Virus record (IMG/VR): IMGVR_UViG_3300027740_000026
Span: 1 to 60,450 of that record
Direction: 5' to 3' (one strand)
Source of the DNA: a virus
Lineage: Duplodnaviria > Caudoviricetes
DNA: 60,450 nt
Shown: one piece after another, positions 1-7,956 of the stretch
Layout of the letters: each line of letters begins with the position of its first letter
How positions within the stretch are numbered: position 1 is the stretch's first letter
Translations under genes and position numbers: made by a program
The notes under the pieces: generated by a model
The model's input: only the letters and a program-made list of their open reading frames with translations
The model's database searches: none
Told to the model about the DNA's origin: nothing

Positions 1-148
1 CTTCCGCTTCGGATAAAAGTTGATTTATTGCATCGTCCATGTCTTTCAAAGTTATTCTGTCCATGTCATGTCTCTTTAAATTTTCTATCGTGCCATTTTT
101 GAAACTCGTCCCATACAGGATGTTTTTCTGCAGGCTGCACCTTTTTCG
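1..148 (+). repeat. Terminal direct repeat, left copy (circular assembly overlap)
   Basis: Identical to 60304-60450 except one T in a homopolymer (gtttttc vs gttttc). Confidence 0.95.
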
Positions 149-311
149 GTTCTCCGGACGAGTTCAAAAACAAAGGGCCGAACCATGGATTAAATTCAAA
201 ATTCCACCTTCTGCCATTAACAATAACCTCCCCAAAATAACGGGAGTGGGAACATTTTTTACAGTAGTCCCCTCCGCTGCAGCCACTCAAAGAATTGCAC
301 GAATTTTTCAT
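66..311 (-). CDS. Hypothetical Cys-rich phage protein
   Basis: 81-aa ORF in an overlapping leftward operon. Confidence 0.6.
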   Translation of the reverse strand: MKNSCNSLSGCSGGDYCKKCSHSRYFGEVIVNGRRWNFEFNPWFGPLFLNSSGEPKKVQPAEKHPVWDEFQKWHDRKFKET

Positions 312-568
312 AACTTATTCGCCCAGGCCATCAGTCCTCGCTTTCTGCCACAGACAGCGATCCACTTCCAGCCGTCTGAATGCTCAGGCCTGTGCAAATC
401 AACAAAGGTCGTGTCAGGCATGCGAATCAAGCCAAACGTATGAACCCTTGTCCCGTTTGAGTGCTCCCAAACTGGACCGGCAAGCTGCTTCCATCCCGGC
501 CCAGGGTGATATTTTTTTGAATGTTCGCTCACGAAAAACATCTTAGCACGTAGTGCTTGCGGCGTCAA
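308..568 (-). CDS. Hypothetical phage protein
   Basis: ORF overlapping both neighbours in the operon; start uncertain. Confidence 0.55.
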   Translation of the reverse strand: MTPQALRAKMFFVSEHSKKYHPGPGWKQLAGPVWEHSNGTRVHTFGLIRMPDTTFVDLHRPEHSDGWKWIAVCGRKRGLMAWANKL

Positions 569-758
569 GATGTTTTTTGACCAGACATTCGATTTTTACC
601 AGAGCCAGCCCCTGCGGCTTACGGGTGCCGTATTCCCATGAGAGGACCGTCCTCATAGTCACGGAGAAAAGTTTGGCAAACCGTGCCCGTCCCTCCGTTT
701 TGTTCAGCCGAGGGTACAACTTTTCCCGTAACGCCCTGATCTCTTTATTTGTTGCCAT
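543..758 (-). CDS. XRE-type HTH protein
   Basis: FAKLFSVTMRTVLSWEYGTRKP helix-turn-helix pattern. Confidence 0.75.
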   Translation of the reverse strand: MATNKEIRALREKLYPRLNKTEGRARFAKLFSVTMRTVLSWEYGTRKPQGLALVKIECLVKKHLDAASTTC

Positions 759-1074
759 TTTTTTTCTCTCCGCTACTTTTTCCTATTTGCTGATAACACA
801 GTATCATCAGCTCTTCTTCTGTCCCAAAAATACGCTTAAATTCGGCAGGGTTTCCGTGGATCGACACCTGGCCTGTCTGATGATGCTCCAGACATAAACC
901 GAATGCCTTTTTGTGGTCCCTGTTCCCATGCCGTAAAACATGATGCAGATTGCATCCCGGCACGTCATCTGGATCTTGGCCCATGTCTGCCAGTATTTTC
1001 CGGCACACCATACAGCCATGTTCCCTAATTTTTTTGTGCCACCGTTTTTGCTCGGCGGTTGGGTTGTTTGCCAT
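745..1074 (-). CDS. Ref-like (RecA-dependent) HNH nuclease
   Basis: GCMVC...LHHV...GLCLEHHQ...SIHG...FGTEEEL pattern. Confidence 0.7.
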   Translation of the reverse strand: MANNPTAEQKRWHKKIREHGCMVCRKILADMGQDPDDVPGCNLHHVLRHGNRDHKKAFGLCLEHHQTGQVSIHGNPAEFKRIFGTEEELMILCYQQIGKSSGEKKNGNK

Positions 1075-1075
1075 T

Positions 1076-1122
1076 ATTTAACAACCGCTACACCCGACAA
1101 GCGGGTGAGCTTTTTGTTATAT
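1076..1122 (+). other. attC-like site A1 (minimal 47-bp family)
   Basis: ATTTAAC-aacc-GCT[A]CACCCG-acaag-CGGGTGAGC-ttttt-GTTATAT; near-identical copies at 7909 and 59435. Confidence 0.8.
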
Positions 1123-1233
1123 TACTCAACCAATTCAACGGCTGCGGCCATTATCATCATGACCATCATGCCATCATTTTTGTTGTCGTTGCCCATTCTC
1201 AAAGCTGCCATCAAAACAGACTCTCCTTTGGCC

Positions 1234-1257
1234 TGCCGCTTACTTCAATCGTTATGC
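1234..1257 (+). other. Truncated attC (right half only)
   Basis: CCGCTTACT-tcaatc-GTTATGC; GTTATGCCC is the exact complement of GGGCATAAC at site A2. Confidence 0.6.
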
Positions 1258-1479
1258 CCATACCCGCTTGAACTCCGGGTTAGCCAAATAAACCTTTTCA
1301 GAGTTGGAGTAACGGATATTGTCGGGCGCTATTTTCATGTAATCCTTCAGGTCTTTCGTGGCTTGGGGGACAGACAGCCCGAAATAATCAACCACTGCAC
1401 TTCGGTTGATACTCCCATATTGATGCAGTAAGAAATCAATAAAGCGGAGGCGTTGTTCAACTGCATACTTTAAGGGCAT
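1252..1479 (-). CDS. Stand-alone winged-HTH resembling the N-terminus of CapW/BrxR-type WYL regulators (cassette cargo)
   Basis: QRLRFIDFLL..YGSINRS...YFGLSVPQATKDLKDY...APDNIRY....KVY...PEFK; 75 aa, no WYL domain. Confidence 0.75.
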   Translation of the reverse strand: MPLKYAVEQRLRFIDFLLHQYGSINRSAVVDYFGLSVPQATKDLKDYMKIAPDNIRYSNSEKVYLANPEFKRVWA

Positions 1480-1562
1480 AACCAGTCATCCAAGCCGACC
1501 AGGTTGAAGCGCCGTTGCCCAGCCGTGGTCTTTCGGCTGGCGGCTTAATTAAAACGTTGGCC
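1476..1562 (+). other. attC site A2
   Basis: GCATAAC-cagtc-ATC[C]AAGCCG...CGGCTTAAT-taaaac-GTTGGCC; resembles aadA-type attC. Confidence 0.9.
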
Positions 1563-1566
1563 AGAA

Positions 1567-1755
1567 TCAAATAGGTGGCTCAGTGGATATAGGAACATTA
1601 TGGTTCTGCCCATATTCCACGACAGCCGTTTTAATTTCACCCGCAGACAACCCCGTCAAATACAACCAATCAATAACCAACTCGAAGTGGTGATCCTCTG
1701 TGGAATTTCCGGGGATCATGTCGCTACTAACTCCAGGGGGTAGATTGTCGGACAT
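1567..1755 (-). CDS. Hypothetical protein (cassette cargo)
   Basis: MSDNLPPGV..IPGN ORF between GTTGGCC and GGCCAAC core sites. Confidence 0.65.
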   Translation of the reverse strand: MSDNLPPGVSSDMIPGNSTEDHHFELVIDWLYLTGLSAGEIKTAVVEYGQNHNVPISTEPPI

Positions 1756-1772
1756 AATCAACACCATTAAAG

Positions 1773-1861
1773 GGCCAACAAATTAATTAAGCAGAAGGCG
1801 AGAAGTCCCGGTGGCCTTCGGGCAAGCTCGTTTGCGCCTCTGCTTATTAAAGCCGTTATCT
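1773..1861 (+). other. attC site A3
   Basis: GGCCAAC...TAAT[T]AAGCAGA...TCTGCTTATTA...GTTATCT; R'' complements R' of A2. Confidence 0.88.
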
Positions 1862-2179
1862 TCCCCGATTGATAAAGTACAACTCATGCCCAAGCTCGTA
1901 TAATTCGTGCTCAAGCGCGACCTGTTTATCGATCAGGGCCATTGTGTTTTTCTGCTTTTCGGCAAGGGCGAACATCCGCTTTTCTTCCTCGCCAAGTGGT
2001 TTGAGTAGCTTGACGATTGTCGCGTGGTCGTCTCCATGCTGCTGCAATATTTGCTGGGCCTCAATTCTGATTTCACATATCCGGACAAGAGGATTCGCAG
2101 AGAGCAAGGCCTTTATTGCCGCCACTTTCTTCTCTACCTGGGCTATTGCTTGCCTTACAATTTTTTCTTTTGTCGTCAT
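1856..2179 (-). CDS. Hypothetical helical protein (cassette cargo)
   Basis: 107-aa ORF whose TAA lies inside R' of A3. Confidence 0.7.
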   Translation of the reverse strand: MTTKEKIVRQAIAQVEKKVAAIKALLSANPLVRICEIRIEAQQILQQHGDDHATIVKLLKPLGEEEKRMFALAEKQKNTMALIDKQVALEHELYELGHELYFINRGR

Positions 2180-2193
2180 GGCCTAGTCCTGGA

Positions 2194-2284
2194 AGATAAC
2201 AAGCGGGTCAACTCGACCGCGTGAAGATTCCGATTTTGAATCTGGTAATTCAGTGGCGCGGTCGAGTTACCCTAGTCGTTATTT
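2194..2284 (+). other. attC site A4
   Basis: AGATAAC-aagc-GGGT[C]AACTCGACCGCG...CGCGGTCGAGTTACCC-tagtc-GTTATTT; R'' complements R' of A3. Confidence 0.92.
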
Positions 2285-2300
2285 TGAGAAATAGCGTCCA

Positions 2301-2465
2301 CTATTTCCGAGAATATTTTTCACACTTTTCCGTTATCGTCCTTGACTACAGAAGGCCAGCCAACCGCAATGACGTTGAGACAATAACTGCTGCTTTTTTC
2401 AATATGCAGCCGGGTTTTCCTTTTTGAGATCCCAGCCAAACGCATTTTTTACATGGATGATCCAT
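2301..2465 (-). pseudogene. Small Cys-rich ORF interrupted by a 48-bp insert
   Basis: Removing the insert gives MDHPCKKCVWLGSQKGKPGCILKKAAVITEKCEKYSRK; the insert adds an in-frame TAG. Confidence 0.5.
2334..2385 (+). repeat. 52-bp dispersed repeat (second copy 47182-47233)
   Basis: 51/52 identical (C at 2349 vs T at 47197). Confidence 0.93.
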
Positions 2466-2471
2466 ATCAAT

Positions 2472-2825
2472 TCACGACACGATTGTTTGATTTATGCGGT
2501 CTAAGAATCTGACTCGATCTGCTCGAACCATTTCTATTGTTCCATCATCGAACTCCACAACTGCAACGGTGTAATTACCCGTTCCAGATTCGAGTTCTTC
2601 GTAGTCGTTACCCCATCCGTGGAAATCTGCCTCCCTTGTTTCTTTTAACTCTACTTTTTTTGGGTATACTCCAACCCACTCCGTGACCATCACCCGGCGT
2701 AAGTTCTTCTTTAAATTATTGGTTTCAGCAATTTCGTCGATACACTCTTGCGCCGCATCTCTATCGATTGCACTCGCAAAACTGGCCTTGCTTACATATT
2801 GTCGCAGCCTCTTAATAGCGTCCAT
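2472..2825 (-). CDS. Hypothetical phage protein
   Basis: FHGWG.DYEE...G.GNYTVAVVEFDDGTIE..RVRFLD motif seen in phage proteins; AAGGAG RBS. Confidence 0.7.
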   Translation of the reverse strand: MDAIKRLRQYVSKASFASAIDRDAAQECIDEIAETNNLKKNLRRVMVTEWVGVYPKKVELKETREADFHGWGNDYEELESGTGNYTVAVVEFDDGTIEMVRADRVRFLDRINQTIVS

Positions 2826-2981
2826 CGGTCTCCTTTTCTACACACTCCGGGCATACCCAAAGGATTTGACCATGCTCTTTGTCAAATCTTTGCACCCACC
2901 CGTCAGCAAATGCGTTCTTCGTTTCAATGACGTGTTTTGCATTTTGGTCGCAAACACGTTCAAATTTATTTGCAACGTCAC

Positions 2982-3221
2982 TCATTTGATATTCCTGATA
3001 GCGACGAAAATAGTTTCGGCAATTTCTTTGACTTGAGAATCTGACAACAATGGAAGAATGTCGTTATCAGACCTGACGTCAATTATTTCCAACCTGATTC
3101 CGTCGTCTGCATTTACAGATGCCGGAATTTTTTCTCTCCTGCCTATGTAATCCACGTCAATGAGAACACCCTGTAATTCTATTTTCATGATTCTCCTTAG
3201 CCAGCCAGTGCCTGAAGCCAC
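2982..3221 (-). CDS. Hypothetical protein
   Basis: ORF in leftward operon; true start probably MKIELQ after AAGGAG. Confidence 0.55.
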   Translation of the reverse strand: MASGTGWLRRIMKIELQGVLIDVDYIGRREKIPASVNADDGIRLEIIDVRSDNDILPLLSDSQVKEIAETIFVAIRNIK

Positions 3222-3377
3222 ATGATGACAGCTGCGTAAAACATTGCTGCCAGAAATAGACCAGAAAAAACCTCTTTTATCATTTCAACACCCTGTCCAG
3301 GAGTTCCAAAACCTCCCGAAATTCGTTGAAACTTTGGATGGCCCTATCTCTTGCTGAAACAATGGCCAATTCACGGG

Positions 3378-3695
3378 TCAACCCTCCACAAGTTTGTCTC
3401 TCAACGCCTCATTTGCCACTTCAACAATCCTGGCGATCACGTCACCTGGATCAAACCACTCAGTTCCGACAGGATCGCCGTCCTCGGAAAAATGCTCATA
3501 ATAATACGATCCGTCAGAGCAACCCGGCTGGAGCGCAACTATTTTCTCCAGGGCCTCCCTGTATTTATTAATTATTTCAGTATTTTTGAAGCTCAAAAAT
3601 GCTCCGCACAGGTCAACACAATGGCAGCTATGCTTTTTACACCCGCTCTCGGATGTGTCGCTGTGGGGGCAGGTTTTATTCCAGCATACTTCCAT
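3378..3695 (-). CDS. Hypothetical Cys-rich protein
   Basis: ORF directly downstream of the exonuclease; AGGAG RBS. Confidence 0.6.
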   Translation of the reverse strand: MEVCWNKTCPHSDTSESGCKKHSCHCVDLCGAFLSFKNTEIINKYREALEKIVALQPGCSDGSYYYEHFSEDGDPVGTEWFDPGDVIARIVEVANEALRDKLVEG

Positions 3696-3696
3696 G

Positions 3697-4323
3697 TTAT
3701 GCTCCTATCTTTTTGATCATTTCCATTGTGTCGTACATTTCCGAAATAAAAACGTCTACTGCCTGCCGAATCTCTGCAATCACTTTCCCGTCCCTGGGAA
3801 CACGCTTAATAAAGATTGGCAGGCCGGGCCAATACGAAACAAAATCGCACCATTCGCGGTCGGCAACCCACAGCTGGCCCTGGATCTGTTTGATGTGCTC
3901 GGCTGGAACTTCGTCGCGCAAAAGACAATCAAGGTGCAGATGCGGCAGTTTTGTTTTTATCTCCAGATCCCCATCGCTCCCGATGAGACCGTCAGGAGAT
4001 GCGCCGATATCATCCCCTAACTTGATGAACCCTACTTGCTGCACTTCAGCGCCGCAGGTCAAAGAGTAGAGTTGCCGCGCTGAATCCTCCATTTCCTTCC
4101 CGCGCTCCATATGTGCGTTGGTGTGTCCATCAATCACTTCTCCAGTGAGTCGCTGCCCGACAAGGGTGAGCATATAAGTCCGGCGAGTCTTCGATTCTCC
4201 GCCGCCCCTCCCTTTGGCCATGACGGTATCAAACATTGAGGCGGTGACACAGCCGGCGCGGATAGTATGCCATTCAGGCTTTCCCTGCTCAATTTGGTCA
4301 TAGATGATCCGCTCCATTCGCAC
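3697..4323 (-). CDS. YqaJ/lambda-exonuclease family recombination nuclease
   Basis: EWHTIRAGCVTAS, MERGKEME, GASPDGL, LEIKT, QIQGQLWV, CDFVSY motifs. Confidence 0.93.
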   Translation of the reverse strand: MRMERIIYDQIEQGKPEWHTIRAGCVTASMFDTVMAKGRGGGESKTRRTYMLTLVGQRLTGEVIDGHTNAHMERGKEMEDSARQLYSLTCGAEVQQVGFIKLGDDIGASPDGLIGSDGDLEIKTKLPHLHLDCLLRDEVPAEHIKQIQGQLWVADREWCDFVSYWPGLPIFIKRVPRDGKVIAEIRQAVDVFISEMYDTMEMIKKIGA

Positions 4324-5053
4324 CTCCTTTTTTCATACGGGAGATAATGCCTTCAATCGCTGTCCGGGCTTTTTTATATTGTGTGGCCGGCAAATTCTCA
4401 AACGAATCCACTTTCAGGTATTCTCCGAGGAATTTACCGAGCCACTTCTCGTCTTTGTTGAGGTTGTTGGCGGCAACCAACTCTTCAAGTTCAAAAACCT
4501 GCTCTTCCGTGATGTACTGCTCTCCCGCTCCGTGGCCATCGTCATCCATGTCCTTCGATGAAATACCCAACAGAGCAAATCCTGTATATCGTTTCAGGTA
4601 CTCTACTGAACTTCCAACAGCCTGGATTTTGTTTTTTCCCCCTGAATCATCAGGGGAGGCAGCCAGCGATGTGGTGATGCTGTGTCCCATGGAGTGGCTG
4701 AGAATCGCCGTCACAGTGATATCTCCGTTGTCGCCCTGCTTTGTGTCCCATGTAAGAGACAGGTCACAACTACCCAAAACAGGGTTAATTTCTCCCAAGG
4801 CTGCGCCCAGAGTCGCGTGGTTGTATTGTGTCGCGCCTTTCTGCGTGGCGTATTTGACTGTTTTTTCTTTGTAGATAGTAAGCGGATGCCGCTTAAATTC
4901 GGCCAGCGCAAGATGAAAAGCTTTTCTCGCCTCGTTAGCTTCGTATTCTTTTTGTATAGCTAGCAACTCTGCCAACTTCTGCGTATCAATATTGCCGGTA
5001 ATTGCCGCCTGTACCAATGGCGAGATCCCTTGAGTCGTTTGCAGTTCGTTCAT
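4298..5053 (-). CDS. ERF-family single-strand annealing protein
   Basis: YNHATL, HSMGH, SGGKNKIQAVGSSVEYLKRY, DDDG motifs. Confidence 0.9.
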   Translation of the reverse strand: MNELQTTQGISPLVQAAITGNIDTQKLAELLAIQKEYEANEARKAFHLALAEFKRHPLTIYKEKTVKYATQKGATQYNHATLGAALGEINPVLGSCDLSLTWDTKQGDNGDITVTAILSHSMGHSITTSLAASPDDSGGKNKIQAVGSSVEYLKRYTGFALLGISSKDMDDDGHGAGEQYITEEQVFELEELVAANNLNKDEKWLGKFLGEYLKVDSFENLPATQYKKARTAIEGIISRMKKGGANGADHL

Positions 5054-5069
5054 TTTCCCCCCCTTTTAA

Positions 5070-5297
5070 TTAAAAGTTGTTAATTCCAATGAAAACCCCG
5101 GCCCCACCATCAAACCGGAAATTGTATATCTGCCCGGTTGGGTTGCTGAAAATCTCTATTCCTGGCAGGTCTTTTATTGTTTCCAGGACAAAAGCATTTA
5201 CCGGATATGCGGCTGAACCGAAAAATAAAACAGGGAAAACTGATTCAGCCTCGGGTGACAAAATTTCAGCAATTCTTTTTTCTCCACGTTCTCTCAT
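5070..5297 (-). CDS. Hypothetical protein
   Basis: ORF with AGGAGG RBS in operon. Confidence 0.55.
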   Translation of the reverse strand: MRERGEKRIAEILSPEAESVFPVLFFGSAAYPVNAFVLETIKDLPGIEIFSNPTGQIYNFRFDGGAGVFIGINNF

Positions 5298-5303
5298 CCT
5301 CCT

Positions 5304-5768
5304 CTACTCAAAACCCTCTCCTTCTTTACAGCACGGGACCAATGTCACCATATATTGAGGCTCGTATTTTTTGCAGATTTTAAAGGGGTTTTTTCTTTTG
5401 CAAATATTCCCCCGGTTAATCAGGGTGAGCGCCTTTTTTATTGGCTGTTCTTTTGGTATGCAGCTTTTTTTCTTTGGTATTACTTGGCGTTTCTTCCTTT
5501 CAATCGTCAAATTTTCGACGTGGTAATCAACGCCGTCGATAAAATATATTTTGTCTGGCATTGTACCGTAATGCCACAGCCAGATTAATTTTGACAACAA
5601 ATACGATTTGTAGTTTATATGGACCCGAATATGCCCATATTTGTTCGAGACACCGCCTGCGGCTTTACCTTCCGTTATGGAGTTGTTTCTGGAATGGTTT
5701 CTGTAAACCAACCGGCCACCAGAATAATCAAACAGGTCTTTTATTTCTTTTTGTGTTATCATTTTCAA
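5304..5768 (-). CDS. Degenerate HNH homing-endonuclease-like protein
   Basis: ITQKEIKDLFDY..GRLVYR...AG...YGHIRV...YLLSKLIWLWHYG; expected DHIDG reads YFIDG. Confidence 0.65.
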   Translation of the reverse strand: MKMITQKEIKDLFDYSGGRLVYRNHSRNNSITEGKAAGGVSNKYGHIRVHINYKSYLLSKLIWLWHYGTMPDKIYFIDGVDYHVENLTIERKKRQVIPKKKSCIPKEQPIKKALTLINRGNICKRKNPFKICKKYEPQYMVTLVPCCKEGEGFE

Positions 5769-5958
5769 CCAGTTTTTCCAGGATTTTGCTCAGTCTTTGA
5801 TTCTGAGCATCTTGATTCATGTGTGCCTTTTCCCAATATGCGACAAGCTCAGGGGCAATTTTTCTGTCTTTTGCAACCCTCCACCCCATTGCAGAAATTC
5901 CGACCATGCAAACCAGGAAAGAAGCGGACACCCCAACGCAAAATCCAATCCAAAACAT
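5728..5958 (-). CDS. Small membrane protein
   Basis: N-terminal hydrophobic helix; AGGAGG RBS. Confidence 0.55.
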   Translation of the reverse strand: MFWIGFCVGVSASFLVCMVGISAMGWRVAKDRKIAPELVAYWEKAHMNQDAQNQRLSKILEKLVENDNTKRNKRPV

Positions 5959-5975
5959 AATGTACCTCCTATGGT

Positions 5976-6194
5976 TTAGCCTTTAATATCAATTCGCAGT
6001 CGGGCAGCAATTCTTTTGAACAACTCATGTTGCTTCTCCTTTGCATTAGTTGTTGTCTGGACACCCCTTGATATCACGGGTGCCACAAATCCAATTTTTT
6101 GACCGGAATCTGTATCCTTGCCCCTGGGTAAATACGCCGGGATCTTGTCTCGGCCAGTAGCAAGGCCGGTTCGGGCAGTCTTTGTCACAGACAT
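5976..6194 (-). CDS. Hypothetical protein (alternative frame MKIKDKEL... 6046-6230 may be the real gene)
   Basis: Two overlapping minus-strand ORFs; ambiguous. Confidence 0.3.
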   Translation of the reverse strand: MSVTKTARTGLATGRDKIPAYLPRGKDTDSGQKIGFVAPVISRGVQTTTNAKEKQHELFKRIAARLRIDIKG

Positions 6195-6412
6195 CGACCA
6201 GCTTTTTTAACTCTTTGTCTTTGATTTTCATAGTTGCAAAGCTCCCCTCTCCACGAGTATTTAGCACCGATGCCGGTCCTTGCGAATCCGGCTTCCCTGT
6301 GTATCCCTTTTGGGCGAGCGGGGAGAGACTCGCCACAACTGATCTTCGCGGAAATTTGCTGCACAGGCTGTCTTTCTGGCGATCCGTTTCACCGGGCAAG
6401 AAGCTCTGAATG

Positions 6413-6548
6413 AAAAATGCCCAAGCAGAACACCGCAAGTCTTTTCGCGTGGCAGCTGAAAGGAGGGAACGGTGCCCTACTTGGGCAAAGTGTGTTTTGA
6501 GTTGTCGTCTGCTGCCACGCTGACTTAGCATTACTGCTTCCCTCCTTT
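6413..6548 (-). promoter_or_regulatory. Leader RNA element: 17-bp stem whose loop is complementary to an upstream RBS and target
   Basis: Stem 6419-6435/6470-6486; loop TTCCCTCCTTT and GCTGCCACGC pair with upstream AAAGGAGGGAA (6538-6548) and GCGTGGCAGC (6511-6520); U-run follows. Confidence 0.6.
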
Positions 6549-6581
6549 TTACCACCATAAATTAAAAATGCAATAGAAATT

Positions 6582-6869
6582 TTACTCTTCTTTGGCATTA
6601 TCTTCTGCTTCTTTTAAGCAGATTGGGCACGGGTCAACATGAACAGACAATCTCCCTCGTTTTTCCTTTGTCGTGCTGAGGTTGCAGAGACCAGTTCCGC
6701 AACGATCACAATACACGTCAAATTCTACGTCAATTCTATCCGGCTGTATTTCAAAAGTTGGCATTTCATCCCCCCACGCATTGCCGACGAAGCATCGACT
6801 GCCACCCGGCAACAATAAAATCGGCATAAATTTGATATTGTGACAACTTCCCGTACCAACCAATGGCAT
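6582..6869 (-). CDS. Zn-ribbon-like small protein
   Basis: CDRCG...CPIC; likely start MPTFEI. Confidence 0.6.
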   Translation of the reverse strand: MPLVGTGSCHNIKFMPILLLPGGSRCFVGNAWGDEMPTFEIQPDRIDVEFDVYCDRCGTGLCNLSTTKEKRGRLSVHVDPCPICLKEAEDNAKEE

Positions 6870-7377
6870 ACGGATCGTTGACCTCTACAAGCAGGAATCG
6901 GCCATCAACGTTCAGACCAAAATCAATGGCCGCCGTAATTGTTTCAGGTATAGTCCATGGGAAGGCGGGTGAATAATCCCGCTCAAAATCCGAGTAGCAA
7001 AAAATACCCAGAATTTGACCATCGACAACATACGCCCGCCATTCTGCTACAAAATCCAGTATTTCAGAGGCGACCCATGGCCAGGGAGCAGGTTCAGAAA
7101 GGATTTCGCTTGCAAATCTCTTTGGGATGTCTGCTGGTTTGTAAAACAGTGGTCCAGGGGGGGCAAAGTCCCGGTAAATTCTTCTTCCCATTGGCCGTAT
7201 CCAATCGGGGTAAGGATCGCATGCCGGCCATGGGTGAAGTTTCCGGCAATATTTTACTGATCCGATAAGAATAGCCTCTGGGTCTGGATCATAGATCAAT
7301 TTGCATTTTAACCCGGCAAGTGCAAGGGCTTTATGCTCATCAGAGTTTTCCCATGATGGTTCTACGTTGACAATCAT
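6766..7377 (-). CDS. ATP-grasp protein, R2K/DUF4343-like
   Basis: EWRAYVVDGQILG, AIDFG, LLVEVND.YAIGWYG motifs. Confidence 0.75.
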   Translation of the reverse strand: MIVNVEPSWENSDEHKALALAGLKCKLIYDPDPEAILIGSVKYCRKLHPWPACDPYPDWIRPMGRRIYRDFAPPGPLFYKPADIPKRFASEILSEPAPWPWVASEILDFVAEWRAYVVDGQILGIFCYSDFERDYSPAFPWTIPETITAAIDFGLNVDGRFLLVEVNDPYAIGWYGKLSQYQIYADFIVAGWQSMLRRQCVGG

Positions 7378-7599
7378 CTTGTTTCTCCGTCGTTCCCAGG
7401 CCATTCCGGGTCGCTTGGGTCCGGGTGCCTAATCAGTTTCCGCTGATACCGGTTGTAGGCCTCGACCTCTTGCTGCAGCATTATCCGATAGTCTTGGTCA
7501 AAAACGAAATCTTCTTCGGTCATCCGGAAAACCTCTGGAGCCAAAGGCCAACAGCACAGATGATCGTGGCGCCGATGATTAATCCTGCGATTATGTCCT

Positions 7600-7878
7600 T
7601 CATTGCAGCACCCTATCCAGGAGTTCTACAATTTTTTGCAGAGCTTCAATGTCCTGCATCGCCTTTCCACGGGCCACAGCTATTGCCTCATTCTTCGTTC
7701 TCCCCACACCCCCAACATACGGGAGATATTCTTTTCCTTGGGAAAGAATGCGGCACTGATAACCGTCTTGTTTCGGATAGCCCCATCCCATGGGCCATAT
7801 TTTTCCTATGTCTTCCCCTTCAAAATTAATTCTTTCAACTTCTTTTTCCGCTTCTCGTTCTCGCGTATACTCCAGCAT
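7600..7878 (-). CDS. Hypothetical protein
   Basis: 92-aa ORF with GGAGG RBS. Confidence 0.6.
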   Translation of the reverse strand: MLEYTREREAEKEVERINFEGEDIGKIWPMGWGYPKQDGYQCRILSQGKEYLPYVGGVGRTKNEAIAVARGKAMQDIEALQKIVELLDRVLQ

Positions 7879-7908
7879 TATCGTTCCTCCAGTAAGAATT
7901 TTGTCCGC

Positions 7909-7955
7909 TCCTAACTATCGCTGCACCCGACAAGCGGGTGAGCTTTTTGTTATGG
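7909..7955 (+). other. attC-like site A5 (minimal 47-bp family)
   Basis: TCCTAAC-tatc-GCT[G]CACCCG-acaag-CGGGTGAGC-ttttt-GTTATGG. Confidence 0.82.
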
Positions 7956-7956
7956 A

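Noticed and set aside
1-148. Biological terminal repeat
   Set aside because: It cuts through coding sequence in an early operon, and a P22-like terminase suggests headful packaging; most likely assembly overlap
1076-2284. Intergenic hairpins as plain terminators or REP elements
   Set aside because: They have AAC/GTT cores, extrahelical bases at a fixed position and cassette-specific complementary ends, which terminators do not explain
2334-2385. Repeat pair as a DGR template/variable region
   Set aside because: Only one mismatch (C/T), too short, and no reverse transcriptase in the genome
2301-2465. TAG read-through or genetic-code reassignment
   Set aside because: TAG is a normal stop for terL (21451) and 39202-40467, and long genes are intact in the standard code
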